Counted from the first letter of the stretch, positions 40,376-51,135 are shown. The stretch: 64,000 nt of DNA from Tagaea sp. (GCA_965279525.1 CBDIIB010000005.1:1056001-1120000); one strand, 5' to 3'. Translations and numbers: made by a program. Notes: generated by a model from the sequence alone, not told the origin.

Positions 40376-41251
40376 TCAGGTCCCGCGGCCCCACACGCCG
40401 CAATAGCGGCGCGCGACGAAGGGCAGGCCGGCTTCGTAGCCGGGCCAGTCCTTGTATTTCGGCAGCGCGAATTCCTTTTCCGCCGTGTCCCAGCATTTGC
40501 CGGCCTGGGCGAGCACCTTCATCGTGGCCGACGCGTCGCGCAACAGCTCGAGCATGTCGCGCGCGTCCTGCTTGGTGCCGAGCCGGTCGCCGGGACCGGG
40601 ATGGCCGGGGATCATGCGCTCCCAGTCCATCTTGAGGACGTCTTCGATGAACGTCTCGGTCTTCAGCGGATCGATGTCGATGAAGCCGCGCGCGGGCATC
40701 TGCCCGACCGGGATCGTGTCGACGAGGAAGATGATCTTTTCCTTCGGCAGGCGCATCACGAGCGTGGAGTCCGAATGGTTGACGCCCAGATAGCGCAGCT
40801 CGAGCTTGGTGCCGCCAAGCTCGACCGTGCGGAATTTCGAGAACGACTGGTCGGGCAGAACCGTATGCGGATCCTTGAGCGCCTTCAGCCGCACCGCCGC
40901 GTTGCGGTGCGCGATGAAGACCGCACCGGCGTCCTTGAACGCCTTGCCGCCGGCGATGTGGTCGAAATGATGGTGGCTGTAGATCACGTACTTGACCGGC
41001 TTGTCGGTCACCTTGCGGATCTCTTCGAGATACTGCCGGCCGCCGTCGGGCTTGCCGTAGGCGACCGGGTCGGTCGCGATCACGCCTTCGGGCGTGACGA
41101 CGAACATCGCCTGATGGCCGCCGTTGCGGAAGATGTAGACGTTGTCGGTGCCCGCGACCTTGGTCGTCTGGATCGGCGGGCGCTGGGCGGTGGCGGGTGC
41201 GGCAAGCAGCAGGGCTGCGAATGCGAGTACGGCGATCCGGATCGGCGACAT
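40376..41251 (-). CDS. Secreted MBL-fold metallo-hydrolase
   Basis: Signal peptide; YSHHHFDH, NHS, IPGH. Confidence 0.88.
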   Translation of the reverse strand: MSPIRIAVLAFAALLLAAPATAQRPPIQTTKVAGTDNVYIFRNGGHQAMFVVTPEGVIATDPVAYGKPDGGRQYLEEIRKVTDKPVKYVIYSHHHFDHIAGGKAFKDAGAVFIAHRNAAVRLKALKDPHTVLPDQSFSKFRTVELGGTKLELRYLGVNHSDSTLVMRLPKEKIIFLVDTIPVGQMPARGFIDIDPLKTETFIEDVLKMDWERMIPGHPGPGDRLGTKQDARDMLELLRDASATMKVLAQAGKCWDTAEKEFALPKYKDWPGYEAGLPFVARRYCGVWGRGT

Positions 41252-41286
41252 CGTTTCCTCCCGAGGGTTTTCCCTTGGGCGCGATC

Positions 41287-41730
41287 CTAGCGCAGGCCGA
41301 GCAGCTCGACGTCGAAAACCAACACCGAATTGGGTGGGATCGCGTTCCCCGCCCCGCGCGCGCCGTAGCCGAGGTCGGCCGGTATCACCAGCGTGCGCTG
41401 GCCGCCGACCTTCATGGACGCGACACCCTCGTCCCAGCCCTTGATGACCCGCCCGGCGCCGAGCGGGAATTCGAAGGGCTGGCCACGGTCGCGCGAGGAG
41501 TCGAACTTCTTGCCGCGCGCCCCGTTCTCCAGCAGCCAACCGGTGTAGTGGACGCGCGCGGTGCGGCCGGCGGAGGCCGCCTCGCCGGTTCCTTCGCGAA
41601 TGTCGAGGATGCCGAGGCCCGAGCGTGTGCGCGTAGCGGCGGAAAGCTCGGGACCCTGCGCTGCGGCCGGTGCTGCGGCGAGGGCAAGAAGCGAACCGAG
41701 GAGCGTGCGGCGGGCGAATCGGGTTTCCAT
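41287..41730 (-). CDS. FKBP-type peptidyl-prolyl isomerase, possible Tat signal
   Basis: VHYTGWL, KFDSSRDR, VIKGWDEG, IPPNSVLVFDVEL; N-terminal ARRTLL. Confidence 0.93.
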   Translation of the reverse strand: METRFARRTLLGSLLALAAAPAAAQGPELSAATRTRSGLGILDIREGTGEAASAGRTARVHYTGWLLENGARGKKFDSSRDRGQPFEFPLGAGRVIKGWDEGVASMKVGGQRTLVIPADLGYGARGAGNAIPPNSVLVFDVELLGLR

Positions 41731-41740
41731 GGCCCCGAAC

Positions 41741-42187
41741 CTAGCGCCCCGGCGCCGGCATTTCCACCCGCCGCGTTTCGCCTGGTGCACGGCCGAAATC
41801 GAGCTCCAGCACCGCGCGCGGGGCAAGCTGCGGCCAGGCATCGGGATCGGGCACCCAGATGCGCGCACCGGATTGCGCCAATGAAGGTGCGCGTGCGCTG
41901 CCGAGCGGGACCGAGAGGCCGATGCCGGCATCGATGCCCGAGGACGAACCGCCCGAAATGCCGATGCCGAATGCCGGCCGGTCCGGCCCGCCGTCGCCGG
42001 TGATCCGCTCGGCCTCGACCCGCGTTCCGTCGGGCAGGACGAGGCGGGCCGCCGACAGCGGCAACGGGTCGCGCGCGCGGATCTCGATCCGCCGTCCGCC
42101 GCCGGCAAGTTCGGCAGTCACCGAAGGGCCGGATTCAGGCGTGCAGGCGGCGGCGAGCAGGACGATCAGGGCAAAAAAGTGGCGCAA
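41741..42187 (-). CDS. Hypothetical lipoprotein
   Basis: Lipobox-like FALIVLLAAAC after TTG 42187; Gly-rich FGIGISGGSSSGIDAGIGLS. Confidence 0.6.
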   Translation of the reverse strand: MRHFFALIVLLAAACTPESGPSVTAELAGGGRRIEIRARDPLPLSAARLVLPDGTRVEAERITGDGGPDRPAFGIGISGGSSSGIDAGIGLSVPLGSARAPSLAQSGARIWVPDPDAWPQLAPRAVLELDFGRAPGETRRVEMPAPGR

Positions 42188-42232
42188 TTCGAAAGCCTCC
42201 CGGCGGGTCGGGAATCCGACTATATACGTGCC

Positions 42233-45076
42233 ATGGAACTCGACGTCCTGCCCCGCGAGATCGCCAACCAGCGCGCGATCCTCGACCGCCGTACGGTCGA
42301 CGCGCGCCTTGCCGAGATCGCCGAAGCGACCGAGGGCAAGCCGGAGCTGCGCCGTTCGCGCGCCCTCGAGGCGCTGAAGGCGGCCTTGGCCGACGGCCGC
42401 GCGGAGATCCGCGAGCGTTTCGAATCGCGTACGGCCACCGGCGGCCAGACGATGCGCGCCAACGCCTTCCTGATCGACCAGCTCGTGCGCCTCGTCTACG
42501 ACTTCGCCGAGCGCCACGTCTATCCGGTCGCCAACCCGACGATGGCCGAGCGCGTGACGATCGCCGCGGTCGGCGGCTATGGCCGCGCCGAGATGTCGCC
42601 GCAGTCGGACATCGACCTGCTGTTCGTGCGCCCCTACAAGTCGAACCCGCGCATCGAGCAGATGGTCGAGTTCGAGCTCTACATGCTGTGGGACATGGGC
42701 CTGAAGGTGGGCCACGCGACCCGCTCGATCGAGGAGTGCCTGCGCCTGGCGCGCGAGGACTACACGATCCGCACGGCCCTGCTCGAAAGCCGCTATTTGT
42801 GGGGCGACGACAAGCTGTTCGCGGAACTCAAGAAGCGCTTCTTCACAGAGGTCGCCAAGGGCACGGCGGCGGAGTTCGTCGAGGCCAAGCTCGAGGAGCG
42901 CAACCAGCGCCACCAGCGCACCGGCGATTCGCGCTACGTGCTCGAACCCAACGTCAAGGACGGCAAGGGCGGGCTTCGCGACCTGCACACGCTGTTCTGG
43001 ATCGGCAAGTACCTGCACAGGGTCGAGCAGGTATCGGACCTGGTGCTGAAGGGCGTTTTCACGGCCGAGGAGGCCGCGAAATTCGACAAGTGCCAGGAAT
43101 TCCTGTGGAGCGTGCGCTGCCACCTGCATTACGTGACGGGACGCCCCGAGGACCGGCTGACCTTCGACGTGCAGGGCGAGATCGGCCGGCGCATGGGCTA
43201 CACCGACCATCGCGGGACGCGCGGCGTCGAGCGCTTCATGAAGCACTATTTCCTCGTCGCCAAGGACGTGGGCGATCTCACGCGCATCTTCTGCTCGGCC
43301 CTCGAGATCGAGGAAGGCAAGAAGGCGCGCTTCGACGTGGGCACGGTCGGCAAGCTGTTCAAGCGCGGCGGGATCAAGCTCGACGACGGGCGCTTCGCGA
43401 TCGAGAGCGGGCGCATCACCGTGGCGCGCGGCGACGCGTTCGAGAAGGATCCGGTCAATTTCCTGCGCCTGTTCCGCGTGGCGCAGGAGAACGATCTCGA
43501 CGTGCATCCCTATGCGCTGCGCCTGATCCGCCAGTCGCTGCGGCTGGTCGACGGGACCTTGCGTGCCAATCCGGAAGCCAACCGGCTGTTCATGGAAATC
43601 CTGACCGACAGCCGCGCCGAGATCGCGTTGCGCCGGCTCAACGAGGCGGGCGTGTTCGGGCGATTCATCCCGGATTTCGGGCGCGTCGTGGCCCAGATGC
43701 AGCACGACATGTATCACGTGTATACGGTCGACGAGCACACGATCTTCGCGATCGGCATCCTGCACCGCATCGAGGCGGGCCAGCTCAAGGCCGACCATCC
43801 GCTGGCGAGCGAAGTGATCCACCAGATCGAATCGCGCCGCGCGCTCTACCTCGCGATTTTCCTGCATGACATCGCCAAGGGCCGCGGCGGTGACCATGCG
43901 GTGCTGGGTGCGGAAATCGCGATGAAGCTCGGGCCGCGCCTGGGCCTCAGCGAGGAAGAGACCGAGACGGCCGCATGGCTGGTGCGCGCGCACCTGTGGA
44001 TGTCGGCCACCGCCTTCAAGCGCGACATCCAGGACCCGCAGGCGATCCGCGCCTTCATCGAACACGTGCAGAGCCCCGAGCGCCTGCGCCTGCTCTTGTG
44101 CCTGACGGTCGCCGACATCCGCGCGGTGGGCCCCGGCGTGTGGAACAACTGGAAGGCCGCGTTGCTGCGCGAGCTCTACTACCGCGCCACGGAAGCGCTC
44201 GCCGGCAATTTCGGCGAGAGCGGCACGCTGCAGCGCGTCGCGGCGGCGCAGGCCCGCCTCAAGGAAGAGCTCAAGGACTGGAGCGAGAAGGACTTCGCCT
44301 GGTACGCGGGCCTCGGCTATCCGGCCTACTGGCTGTCGCTGGATGCGGGCACCCAGGCGCGCCACGCGCGCTTCGTGCGCGAGGCCGAGCGGGCACAGCT
44401 GCCGCTCGCCATCGACACGCGCATCGACCGGGCGCGCGCCATCACCGAGATCACGATCTATACCGACGACCATCCCGGCCTGTTCGCGCGCATCGCCGGC
44501 GCCATCGCCGTGGCGGGCGCCAACATCGTGGCAGCCAACGTCTTCACGCTGTCGAACGGCCGCGCACTCGACACGTTCTCGATCCAGGCGGTCTCGGGCG
44601 ATCTCGACGGACAGCCTTCGGCCTACGACCGGCCGGAGAAGCTCGCGCGCCTTTCCACGCATATCGAGCACGCGCTGGGCGGGCGCCTGCGCCTGCGCGA
44701 GCATCTCGACAGACGCCCGGCAATCCCCAGCCGCATGCGCGTGTTCACCGTGCCGCCGCGCGTGCTGATCGACAATTCGGCGTCGAAGTACCACACGCTG
44801 ATCGAGGTCAACGGCCGCGACCGCGTGGGCTTCCTCTACGACGTGACGGCCGCGATCACGGCACTCGGCCTGTCGATCCGCACGGCCAAGATCACGACCT
44901 ACGGCGAACGCGCGGTCGACGTCTTCTACGTGGTCGACATCTTCGGCCAGAAGATCCTCGAGGAATCGAAGCTCGCGCGCATCCGCACGACGATGCTCTC
45001 GGCCATCGCGGATCCCGACGCGCCCGTCGAGCCGCCGCGGATCCGCAAGACCGTCGCCACCAAAGCAGCGGAGTAG
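42233..45076 (+). CDS. glnD: [Protein-PII] uridylyltransferase
   Basis: AVGGYGR..MSPQSDIDL, EPNVKDGKGGLRD, YHVYTVDEH, HDIAKG, two ACT domains. Confidence 0.97.
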   Translation: MELDVLPREIANQRAILDRRTVDARLAEIAEATEGKPELRRSRALEALKAALADGRAEIRERFESRTATGGQTMRANAFLIDQLVRLVYDFAERHVYPVANPTMAERVTIAAVGGYGRAEMSPQSDIDLLFVRPYKSNPRIEQMVEFELYMLWDMGLKVGHATRSIEECLRLAREDYTIRTALLESRYLWGDDKLFAELKKRFFTEVAKGTAAEFVEAKLEERNQRHQRTGDSRYVLEPNVKDGKGGLRDLHTLFWIGKYLHRVEQVSDLVLKGVFTAEEAAKFDKCQEFLWSVRCHLHYVTGRPEDRLTFDVQGEIGRRMGYTDHRGTRGVERFMKHYFLVAKDVGDLTRIFCSALEIEEGKKARFDVGTVGKLFKRGGIKLDDGRFAIESGRITVARGDAFEKDPVNFLRLFRVAQENDLDVHPYALRLIRQSLRLVDGTLRANPEANRLFMEILTDSRAEIALRRLNEAGVFGRFIPDFGRVVAQMQHDMYHVYTVDEHTIFAIGILHRIEAGQLKADHPLASEVIHQIESRRALYLAIFLHDIAKGRGGDHAVLGAEIAMKLGPRLGLSEEETETAAWLVRAHLWMSATAFKRDIQDPQAIRAFIEHVQSPERLRLLLCLTVADIRAVGPGVWNNWKAALLRELYYRATEALAGNFGESGTLQRVAAAQARLKEELKDWSEKDFAWYAGLGYPAYWLSLDAGTQARHARFVREAERAQLPLAIDTRIDRARAITEITIYTDDHPGLFARIAGAIAVAGANIVAANVFTLSNGRALDTFSIQAVSGDLDGQPSAYDRPEKLARLSTHIEHALGGRLRLREHLDRRPAIPSRMRVFTVPPRVLIDNSASKYHTLIEVNGRDRVGFLYDVTAAITALGLSIRTAKITTYGERAVDVFYVVDIFGQKILEESKLARIRTTMLSAIADPDAPVEPPRIRKTVATKAAE

Positions 45077-45080
45077 CAAG

Positions 45081-45365
45081 ATGGCCCCCTCCCCACCCGA
45101 CGAGATCCGCGCACGCGCCACGCTGCCGGGCATGACGCTGGAGATCGTCCACCGGCCGGCTGATGCAAGCGGGCCCGAGACGATCGGCCTGCTCATCAAG
45201 GGTGCCCCGAACCTGCCGGGCATGAACGAGATGCTGTCGCTGCCCGGCCCCGGCGGGGCCGGTCTCGATCCGATGACGCTGTGGCTCGACATCACGCGCC
45301 AGGCCTGGGCGCCGTGGCTGGCGCTGTGGGGTCTTTCGGCGGGCCCGAGCGGACCCAAGCGCTGA
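45081..45365 (+). CDS. Small hypothetical protein
   Basis: Fills the glnD-murJ gap with 4- and 8-nt spacers; GGAG RBS; C-terminal W-rich AWAPW. Confidence 0.65.
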   Translation: MAPSPPDEIRARATLPGMTLEIVHRPADASGPETIGLLIKGAPNLPGMNEMLSLPGPGGAGLDPMTLWLDITRQAWAPWLALWGLSAGPSGPKR

Positions 45366-45373
45366 AAGCTTCG

Positions 45374-46921
45374 ATGTCGCTCGCACGGCCCATCGCCACC
45401 GTCGGCTTCTACACGATGGCCAGCCGCGTGCTGGGCTTCGTGCGCGACATGCTGGTGGCGGCATATCTGGGTGCCGGGCCAGTCGCCGACGCGTTCTTCG
45501 TCGCGTTCAAGTTCCCCAACTTCTTCCGCCGGCTGTTCGCCGAGGGCGCGTTCGCTTCCGCCTTCGTGCCGATGTTCGCCGGCATGCTGGCGGTGCGAGG
45601 GCCCGTCGCCGCGCGCGACTTCGCGCAGTCCACGCTTGCCGTCCTGCTGGTCGTGCTGTTCGCGCTGACCGCCGTCGCGGAGTTCGCGATGCCGTGGATC
45701 ATCGCGGTCATCGCGCCGGGCTTCGCGGGCGATCCGGCGCGCGCCACGCTCGCGGTCGAGTTCGCGCGCATCACGTTTCCCTATCTGCTGTTCATCAGCC
45801 TCGTCTCGCTGCAGGGCGGCGTGCTGAACTCGCTCGACCGCTTCGCCGCCGTCGCGGCGACTCCGATCCTCTTGAACCTGTGCATGATCGGCGGGCTGCT
45901 GGCACTCGTCGGAACCCTTCCCACGCCGGGCCACGCGCTGTCGTGGGGCGTGCTGGCGGCGGGGCTCGCGCAGTTCCTGTTCCTCGCCTGGGCCTGCCGG
46001 CGGGCCGGCATGGCACTGCGCCTGCCCGTCCCGCGCGTGTCGATCGAGGTGAAGACGCTGCTGAAGCGCATGCTCCCGGTGGCGCTGGGTTCCGGGGCGG
46101 CCCAGATCAATCTCGTGATCGACATCGTCATGGCCTCGCTGCTGTCGGCGGGATCGATCAGCTGGCTCTATTACGCCGACCGCGTCTACGAACTGCCGCT
46201 GGCCGTGATCGGCATCGCCATCGGTACCGCCCTGCTGCCGCGCCTGTCGCGCCAGGTCCGCACCGGCGAACTTGCCGATGCACAGGTCACGCAGAACCGG
46301 GCTCTGGAAGCGGCCATGCTGCTGACGCTGCCGGCGGCTGCGGCCCTGATCGTGCTGGCAGGGCCCATCGTGGGCGCGCTGTTCGAGCGCGGCGCCTTCA
46401 CGCCGGCCGACGTGCGGGCAAGTTCGGCGGCCCTCATCGCCTATACGCTCGGCCTGCCGGCCTATGTCGCGGTCAAGGTGCTGGCCCCGGCCTTCTACGC
46501 GCGCGAAGACACGAAAACGCCGGTCAAGATCGCCGTGCTGTGCGTGGTCGTGAACACGATCGTGGGCTTCACGGCCATGCAGTATGTCGGGCATGTCGGG
46601 CTGGCGGCGGCGACGGCATTTTCGGCCACGCTCAACGCCGTGCTGCTGTGGCGCGCCCTTGCCCGCAGCGGACACTTTTTGGCAGACGCACGATTGCGCG
46701 CGCGTCTGCCGCGCCAGTTGGCCGCGACCGCCGCGATGGCGGTCCTGCTGTGGCTGGCCCTCGGGGTGGCGGCCCCGTTCCTCGAGCCGCAGGGCGCCTC
46801 GCGCTACATGGCGCTTGGCGGACTGATCGGACTGGGGCTTGCCGGCTACGGCCTGGCGGCACTGGCGACGCGCGCGGCCCTGCCGGGCGATATAAGGGCG
46901 ATTTTCGCACGCCGGTCTTGA
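45374..46921 (+). CDS. murJ: Lipid II flippase MurJ
   Basis: [47 protein letters not shown]. Confidence 0.96.
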   Translation: MSLARPIATVGFYTMASRVLGFVRDMLVAAYLGAGPVADAFFVAFKFPNFFRRLFAEGAFASAFVPMFAGMLAVRGPVAARDFAQSTLAVLLVVLFALTAVAEFAMPWIIAVIAPGFAGDPARATLAVEFARITFPYLLFISLVSLQGGVLNSLDRFAAVAATPILLNLCMIGGLLALVGTLPTPGHALSWGVLAAGLAQFLFLAWACRRAGMALRLPVPRVSIEVKTLLKRMLPVALGSGAAQINLVIDIVMASLLSAGSISWLYYADRVYELPLAVIGIAIGTALLPRLSRQVRTGELADAQVTQNRALEAAMLLTLPAAAALIVLAGPIVGALFERGAFTPADVRASSAALIAYTLGLPAYVAVKVLAPAFYAREDTKTPVKIAVLCVVVNTIVGFTAMQYVGHVGLAAATAFSATLNAVLLWRALARSGHFLADARLRARLPRQLAATAAMAVLLWLALGVAAPFLEPQGASRYMALGGLIGLGLAGYGLAALATRAALPGDIRAIFARRS

Positions 46922-46956
46922 TAAGTGGCGGCCGAGCGGCGATAAACCCGCCCGTC

Positions 46957-47955
46957 ATGAACCGCATCTTTTCGGGCATCCAGCCCACCGGCAACCTGCA
47001 TCTGGGCAACTACCTGGGCGCCATCCGCAACTGGGTGAAGCTGCAGCGCGACTTCGAGTGCATCTTCTGCATCGTCGACCTGCACGCGATCACGGTGCCG
47101 CAGGAGCCGGCGGCCCTGATAAAGGCGACCCGCGAGGTCACGGCGGCCTATATCGCCTGCGGCATCGACCCCGAGGCCTGCACGATCTTCAACCAGTCGA
47201 CCGTCTCGACCCATGCCGAGCTTGCCTGGACGCTGGGCTGCATGACGCCGCTGGGCTGGCTCAACCGCATGACCCAGTTCAAGGAGAAGGCGGGCAAGCA
47301 GCGCGACGACGCGGGCCTCGGCCTCTACGCCTATCCCGTGCTGATGGCGGCCGACATCCTCGCCTACAAGGCGACGCATGTGCCCGTCGGAGAGGACCAG
47401 AAACAGCATCTGGAGCTGGCGCGCGACATCGCGGGCGCCTTCAACCGGCGCTACAACGTCGAATATTTCCCGCTGCCCGAGCCGCAGATCTTCGGCACCG
47501 CCACGCGCGTGATGAGCCTGCGCGACGGCACGCGCAAGATGAGCAAGTCCGAGCCTTCCGAGCAGAGCCGCATCAACCTCACCGACGATGCCGACGCCAT
47601 CGCCCAGAAGGTCCGCCGCGCCAAGACCGACCCGCTCGAGCTGCCGGATTCGCTCAAGGGGCTGGAAGGCCGGCCCGAGGCCGAGAACCTGCTCGGCATC
47701 TATGCGGCCCTCACCGACAAGTCGCTCGAAGCGGTCGTCCTCGAATTCGCCGGCGCGCAGTTCTCGACCTTCAAGGGGGCGCTTGCCGACGTGGCCGTGG
47801 CGGTGCTGTCGCCGATCACGGCCGAGATGAACCGCCTGATGGCCGATCCGGCCAGCATCGACGCGATCCTGCGCCGCGGTGCCGACCGGGCGGGCGCCAT
47901 CGCCCAGCGCCATATCCGCGAAATCTACGATCTGGTCGGCTTCCTGCGGCCCTAA
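46957..47955 (+). CDS. trpS: Tryptophan--tRNA ligase
   Basis: [44 protein letters not shown]. Confidence 0.98.
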   Translation: MNRIFSGIQPTGNLHLGNYLGAIRNWVKLQRDFECIFCIVDLHAITVPQEPAALIKATREVTAAYIACGIDPEACTIFNQSTVSTHAELAWTLGCMTPLGWLNRMTQFKEKAGKQRDDAGLGLYAYPVLMAADILAYKATHVPVGEDQKQHLELARDIAGAFNRRYNVEYFPLPEPQIFGTATRVMSLRDGTRKMSKSEPSEQSRINLTDDADAIAQKVRRAKTDPLELPDSLKGLEGRPEAENLLGIYAALTDKSLEAVVLEFAGAQFSTFKGALADVAVAVLSPITAEMNRLMADPASIDAILRRGADRAGAIAQRHIREIYDLVGFLRP

Positions 47956-48019
47956 CCGCTTGCCCGGCGGTTAAGGCAGGCGCATTCTTCGGACTCGTTC
48001 CGGAGGCGCCTGCAGTCTC

Positions 48020-48961
48020 GTGCTGATCTACCTGCCGATTGCCGAAATATCGGTCGACATTTTCGTGCTGCTGCTTCTGGGAGGCGGCGTTGGCTTCCTC
48101 TCGGGCCTGTTCGGCGTGGGCGGCGGATTCCTGATGACGCCGCTCCTCATCTTCATCGGCATCCCGGCGACCGTCGCGGTCGGATCGGAAGCCGCCCAGA
48201 TCGTCGCGGCGTCGGTCTCGGGCGTCATCGCCCACATGCGGCGCGGCAACGTCGATTTCCGCATGGGCGGCGTGCTGCTGGCCGGCGGCCTCGTCGGATC
48301 GACGATCGGCGTGCAGATCTTCAAGATCCTGCAGGGCCTCGGCCAGATCGACCTGGTGATCTCGCTCGCCTTCGTGATCGTGCTGGGCGTGATCGGCTCG
48401 CTGATGCTGGTGGAATCGCTGCGCACGGCGCACAGCCGCGCGCGCCTGCGGCGCAGCGGGGCCGGCCCCGTGCACGCGCGCCTGCATGCGCACACCTGGT
48501 TCCATGGCCTGCCCTTCAAGATGCGTTTTCCGCGCTCCAAGCTCTATATCAGCGCGCTCGCCCCGTTCTCGATCGGCGCTTTCGTGGGCGTGCTCTCGGC
48601 CCTGATGGGCGTGGGCGGCGGCTTCATCATGGTGCCGGCGATGATCTACCTGCTCGGCATGCCCACGTCGGTCGTCATCGGCACGTCGCTGTTCCAGATC
48701 GTGTTCGTCACGGCCAACGTCACGTTCCTGCAGGCCTGGCAGAACTTCACGGTCGACATCTTCCTTGCCCTGCTGCTGCTCGTCGGCGGCGTGGTCGGCG
48801 CCCAGTTCGGCGCGCGCGCGGGCGCCAAGCTGCGCGGCGAGCAGCTGCGCGGACTGCTCGCGCTCCTCGTGCTGGCAGTGGCGGTGAAGCTGCTGTTCGA
48901 TCTCGTCTCGACGCCCGGGGATCTCTACTCGATCGGCAACCCGGTCGGAGGGAGACACTGA
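48020..48961 (+). CDS. TauE/SafE family (sulfite exporter-like) membrane protein, copy 1
   Basis: YLPIAE, GLFGVGGGFLMTP, MGVGGGFIMVP, GTSLFQ. Confidence 0.9.
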   Translation: MLIYLPIAEISVDIFVLLLLGGGVGFLSGLFGVGGGFLMTPLLIFIGIPATVAVGSEAAQIVAASVSGVIAHMRRGNVDFRMGGVLLAGGLVGSTIGVQIFKILQGLGQIDLVISLAFVIVLGVIGSLMLVESLRTAHSRARLRRSGAGPVHARLHAHTWFHGLPFKMRFPRSKLYISALAPFSIGAFVGVLSALMGVGGGFIMVPAMIYLLGMPTSVVIGTSLFQIVFVTANVTFLQAWQNFTVDIFLALLLLVGGVVGAQFGARAGAKLRGEQLRGLLALLVLAVAVKLLFDLVSTPGDLYSIGNPVGGRH

Positions 48962-48962
48962 C

Positions 48963-49901
48963 ATGGCGCTGGTCCCCGTCTATCTGCCGATGGCCGAGAC
49001 CGCGATCGACGGCGTGCTGCTCGTGGGCATCGGCGGCGGCGTGGGCCTGCTGTCGGGCCTGTTCGGCGTGGGCGGCGGGTTCCTCATAACGCCGCTGCTC
49101 ATCTTTCTCGGCGTGCCGCCGGCGATCGCGGCGGCGACGGGGGCCAACACCGTCATCGCCTCGTCGGCGTCGGGCGCGCTCGCGCACTGGAAGCGCGGCA
49201 CGCTCGACGTGAAGATGGGGCTCCTGCTGCTGGCCGGCGGGCTGGTCGGCTCGGGTGCAAGCGTCGGGCTCTTCGGTATCCTCAGCGCCATGGGCCAGAT
49301 CGACCTGGTCGTCGCCCTTTCCTATGTCGTGCTGCTGGGCTCGGTCGGCGCGATGATGTTCGCCGAGAGCGTGCGCGCGATGCTGCCGGGCGTGCGCAAG
49401 GCGGACGCGGCGCGCGTGGCGGTGGGGGCGAACCTGCCGTGGCGCATGTCGTTCCCGCGTTCGGGCATCGAGACGAGCGCGCTGACGCCGGTCCTGCTGG
49501 GCTTCTTCGTCGGCGTGCTGACCGGCCTGATGGGTGTCGGCGGCGGCTTCCTTCTCGTGCCCGCGATGATCTACTTGCTGGCGATGCCCACGACGACCGT
49601 CGTGGGCACGTCGCTGTTCCAGATCCTGTTCGTTTCGGCCAACGTCACGTTCCTGCAGGCGTGGTCGCACCACACGGTCGACATCGTGCTCGCAGCACTG
49701 CTGATCGCCGGCGGCGTGGTCGCGGCCCCTTATGGCGCGCGCCTCGGCGCGAAGCTGGGTGCTGCACGCCTGCGCATCCTGCTCGCCCTCCTCGTGCTCG
49801 CCGTCGCCATCGGCCTCGGTGTGGGCCTCGTGCGCCAGCCGGACGACATCTACTCGATCCGGTTCGACGTGACCGGACCCTTGAAGGACGAAACGCCGTG
49901 A
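48963..49901 (+). CDS. TauE/SafE family membrane protein, copy 2
   Basis: Same motifs as copy 1 (YLPMAE, GLFGVGGGFLITP, GTSLFQ). Confidence 0.9.
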   Translation: MALVPVYLPMAETAIDGVLLVGIGGGVGLLSGLFGVGGGFLITPLLIFLGVPPAIAAATGANTVIASSASGALAHWKRGTLDVKMGLLLLAGGLVGSGASVGLFGILSAMGQIDLVVALSYVVLLGSVGAMMFAESVRAMLPGVRKADAARVAVGANLPWRMSFPRSGIETSALTPVLLGFFVGVLTGLMGVGGGFLLVPAMIYLLAMPTTTVVGTSLFQILFVSANVTFLQAWSHHTVDIVLAALLIAGGVVAAPYGARLGAKLGAARLRILLALLVLAVAIGLGVGLVRQPDDIYSIRFDVTGPLKDETP

Positions 49902-50629
49902 TCCGCGCCCTCCTCCTTGCCGCTTTCGTCCTGCTTGCGTCCGGCCCTGCGCGCGCGCAGGCGCTGATCGCCGACCTGTCGAGCCACCTGATCGCGATCA
50001 CGACCGGCTTTGCCGGCACCGAGCTGCTGCTGTTCGGCGCCACCGAGGGCGAAGGCGACGTCGTGGTCATCGTGCGTGGGCCGGAGGGCGAGACCTCGGT
50101 GCGCCGCAAGGCGCGCGTCGCGGGCATCTGGATCAACCGCGACGAGCTGCGCTTTTCCGGCGTGCCGACCTTCTACCGGATCGCGTCGTCCAAGCCGCTC
50201 GCCGATTTCGTTCCGCTGGCGCTGCGCCAGCGCCACCAGATCGGCGTCGACTTCCTGCGCCTTGCCCCCCAGCGCGAGGTCGGCTCGGAAGAGCTCGCCG
50301 CCTTCCGCGCCGGCATGGTGCGCAACAAGGAGGCGCAGAAACTCTACGAGCCGGAGGTCGGCCGCGTGAATTTCCTCGGGCCCCGGCTGTTCCGCACGCG
50401 CATCCTGTTCCCGGCCAACGTGCCGACCGGCAACTACTCGGTCGAAGTGCTTCTGATCCGCGGCGGCCAGGTCATCGCCGCACAGACCACGCCGATGTTC
50501 GTCAGCAAGGTCGGCTTCGGTGCCGACGTCTACGATTTCGCGCACGAATGGGCCGCACTCTACGGCCTGATCGCGATCCTTCTCGCCGTATCGGCCGGCT
50601 GGGCCGCCGGCCTCATCTTCAGGAAATAG
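49898..50629 (+). CDS. Conserved exported membrane-anchored protein (TIGR02186-like)
   Basis: Signal peptide; IAITTGFAG.ELLLFG, VRRKARVAGIWIN, LFRT...PANVPTG.Y, C-terminal TM. Confidence 0.85.
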   Translation: MIRALLLAAFVLLASGPARAQALIADLSSHLIAITTGFAGTELLLFGATEGEGDVVVIVRGPEGETSVRRKARVAGIWINRDELRFSGVPTFYRIASSKPLADFVPLALRQRHQIGVDFLRLAPQREVGSEELAAFRAGMVRNKEAQKLYEPEVGRVNFLGPRLFRTRILFPANVPTGNYSVEVLLIRGGQVIAAQTTPMFVSKVGFGADVYDFAHEWAALYGLIAILLAVSAGWAAGLIFRK

Positions 50630-50649
50630 CTGAAAGCGGGAGACAAGCC

Positions 50650-51132
50650 ATGCCGACCCGACAGCAACAGACCCAGCGCGTGTTCCTCGTCGTCGCCGAC
50701 CAGACGCCCGAGCTCAAGGTGGCGCTGCGTTTCGCCTGCCGGCGTGCGCGCCATTCCGGCGGCCGCGTGGCGATGCTCTACGTGACCGAGCCGGCCGAGG
50801 CGTCGGAATGGGTCGGCGTGGGCGAACTGATGCGCGAGGAGCGTCGCCAGGAAGCCGAGGCGAAACTGCAGGAGCTTTCGAGCCTCGTGCGCGAGCAGTC
50901 GGGCCAGATGCCGATGCTGCACGTGCGCGAGGGCGACCCGCGCGACGAGTTGCTGAAGCTGCTGGACGAGGAGCCGTCGATCTCGGTCCTCGTCCTGGGT
51001 GCGAGCACCACCGCGAAGGGACCGGGGCCGCTGATCGCGGCGCTGACCGGCAAGTACGCGAGCAAGCTGCGCGTCCCGCTCACGATCGTGCCCGGCAGTC
51101 TTGCCGACGAGGAAGTCGACGCGATTACCTGA
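50650..51132 (+). CDS. Universal stress protein
   Basis: FLVVAD.TPE...ALRFA, VREG, LVLGA...GPGPL, PLTIVPG. Confidence 0.92.
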   Translation: MPTRQQQTQRVFLVVADQTPELKVALRFACRRARHSGGRVAMLYVTEPAEASEWVGVGELMREERRQEAEAKLQELSSLVREQSGQMPMLHVREGDPRDELLKLLDEEPSISVLVLGASTTAKGPGPLIAALTGKYASKLRVPLTIVPGSLADEEVDAIT

Positions 51133-51135
51133 CCG

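Noticed and set aside
39106-41251. Possible beta-lactam resistance pair
   Set aside because: Fold motifs only; such families are mostly esterases and other hydrolases, and there is no mobile context.
41741-46675. 1644-aa minus-strand ORF and other very long shadow ORFs (e.g. 16625-20293, 55603-59316, 5422-8343, 267-2762)
   Set aside because: They are antisense or off-frame to well-supported genes, R/A/G-rich and motif-free, as expected from stop-codon scarcity in high-GC DNA. Only the terminal 41741-42187 segment looks like a real gene.
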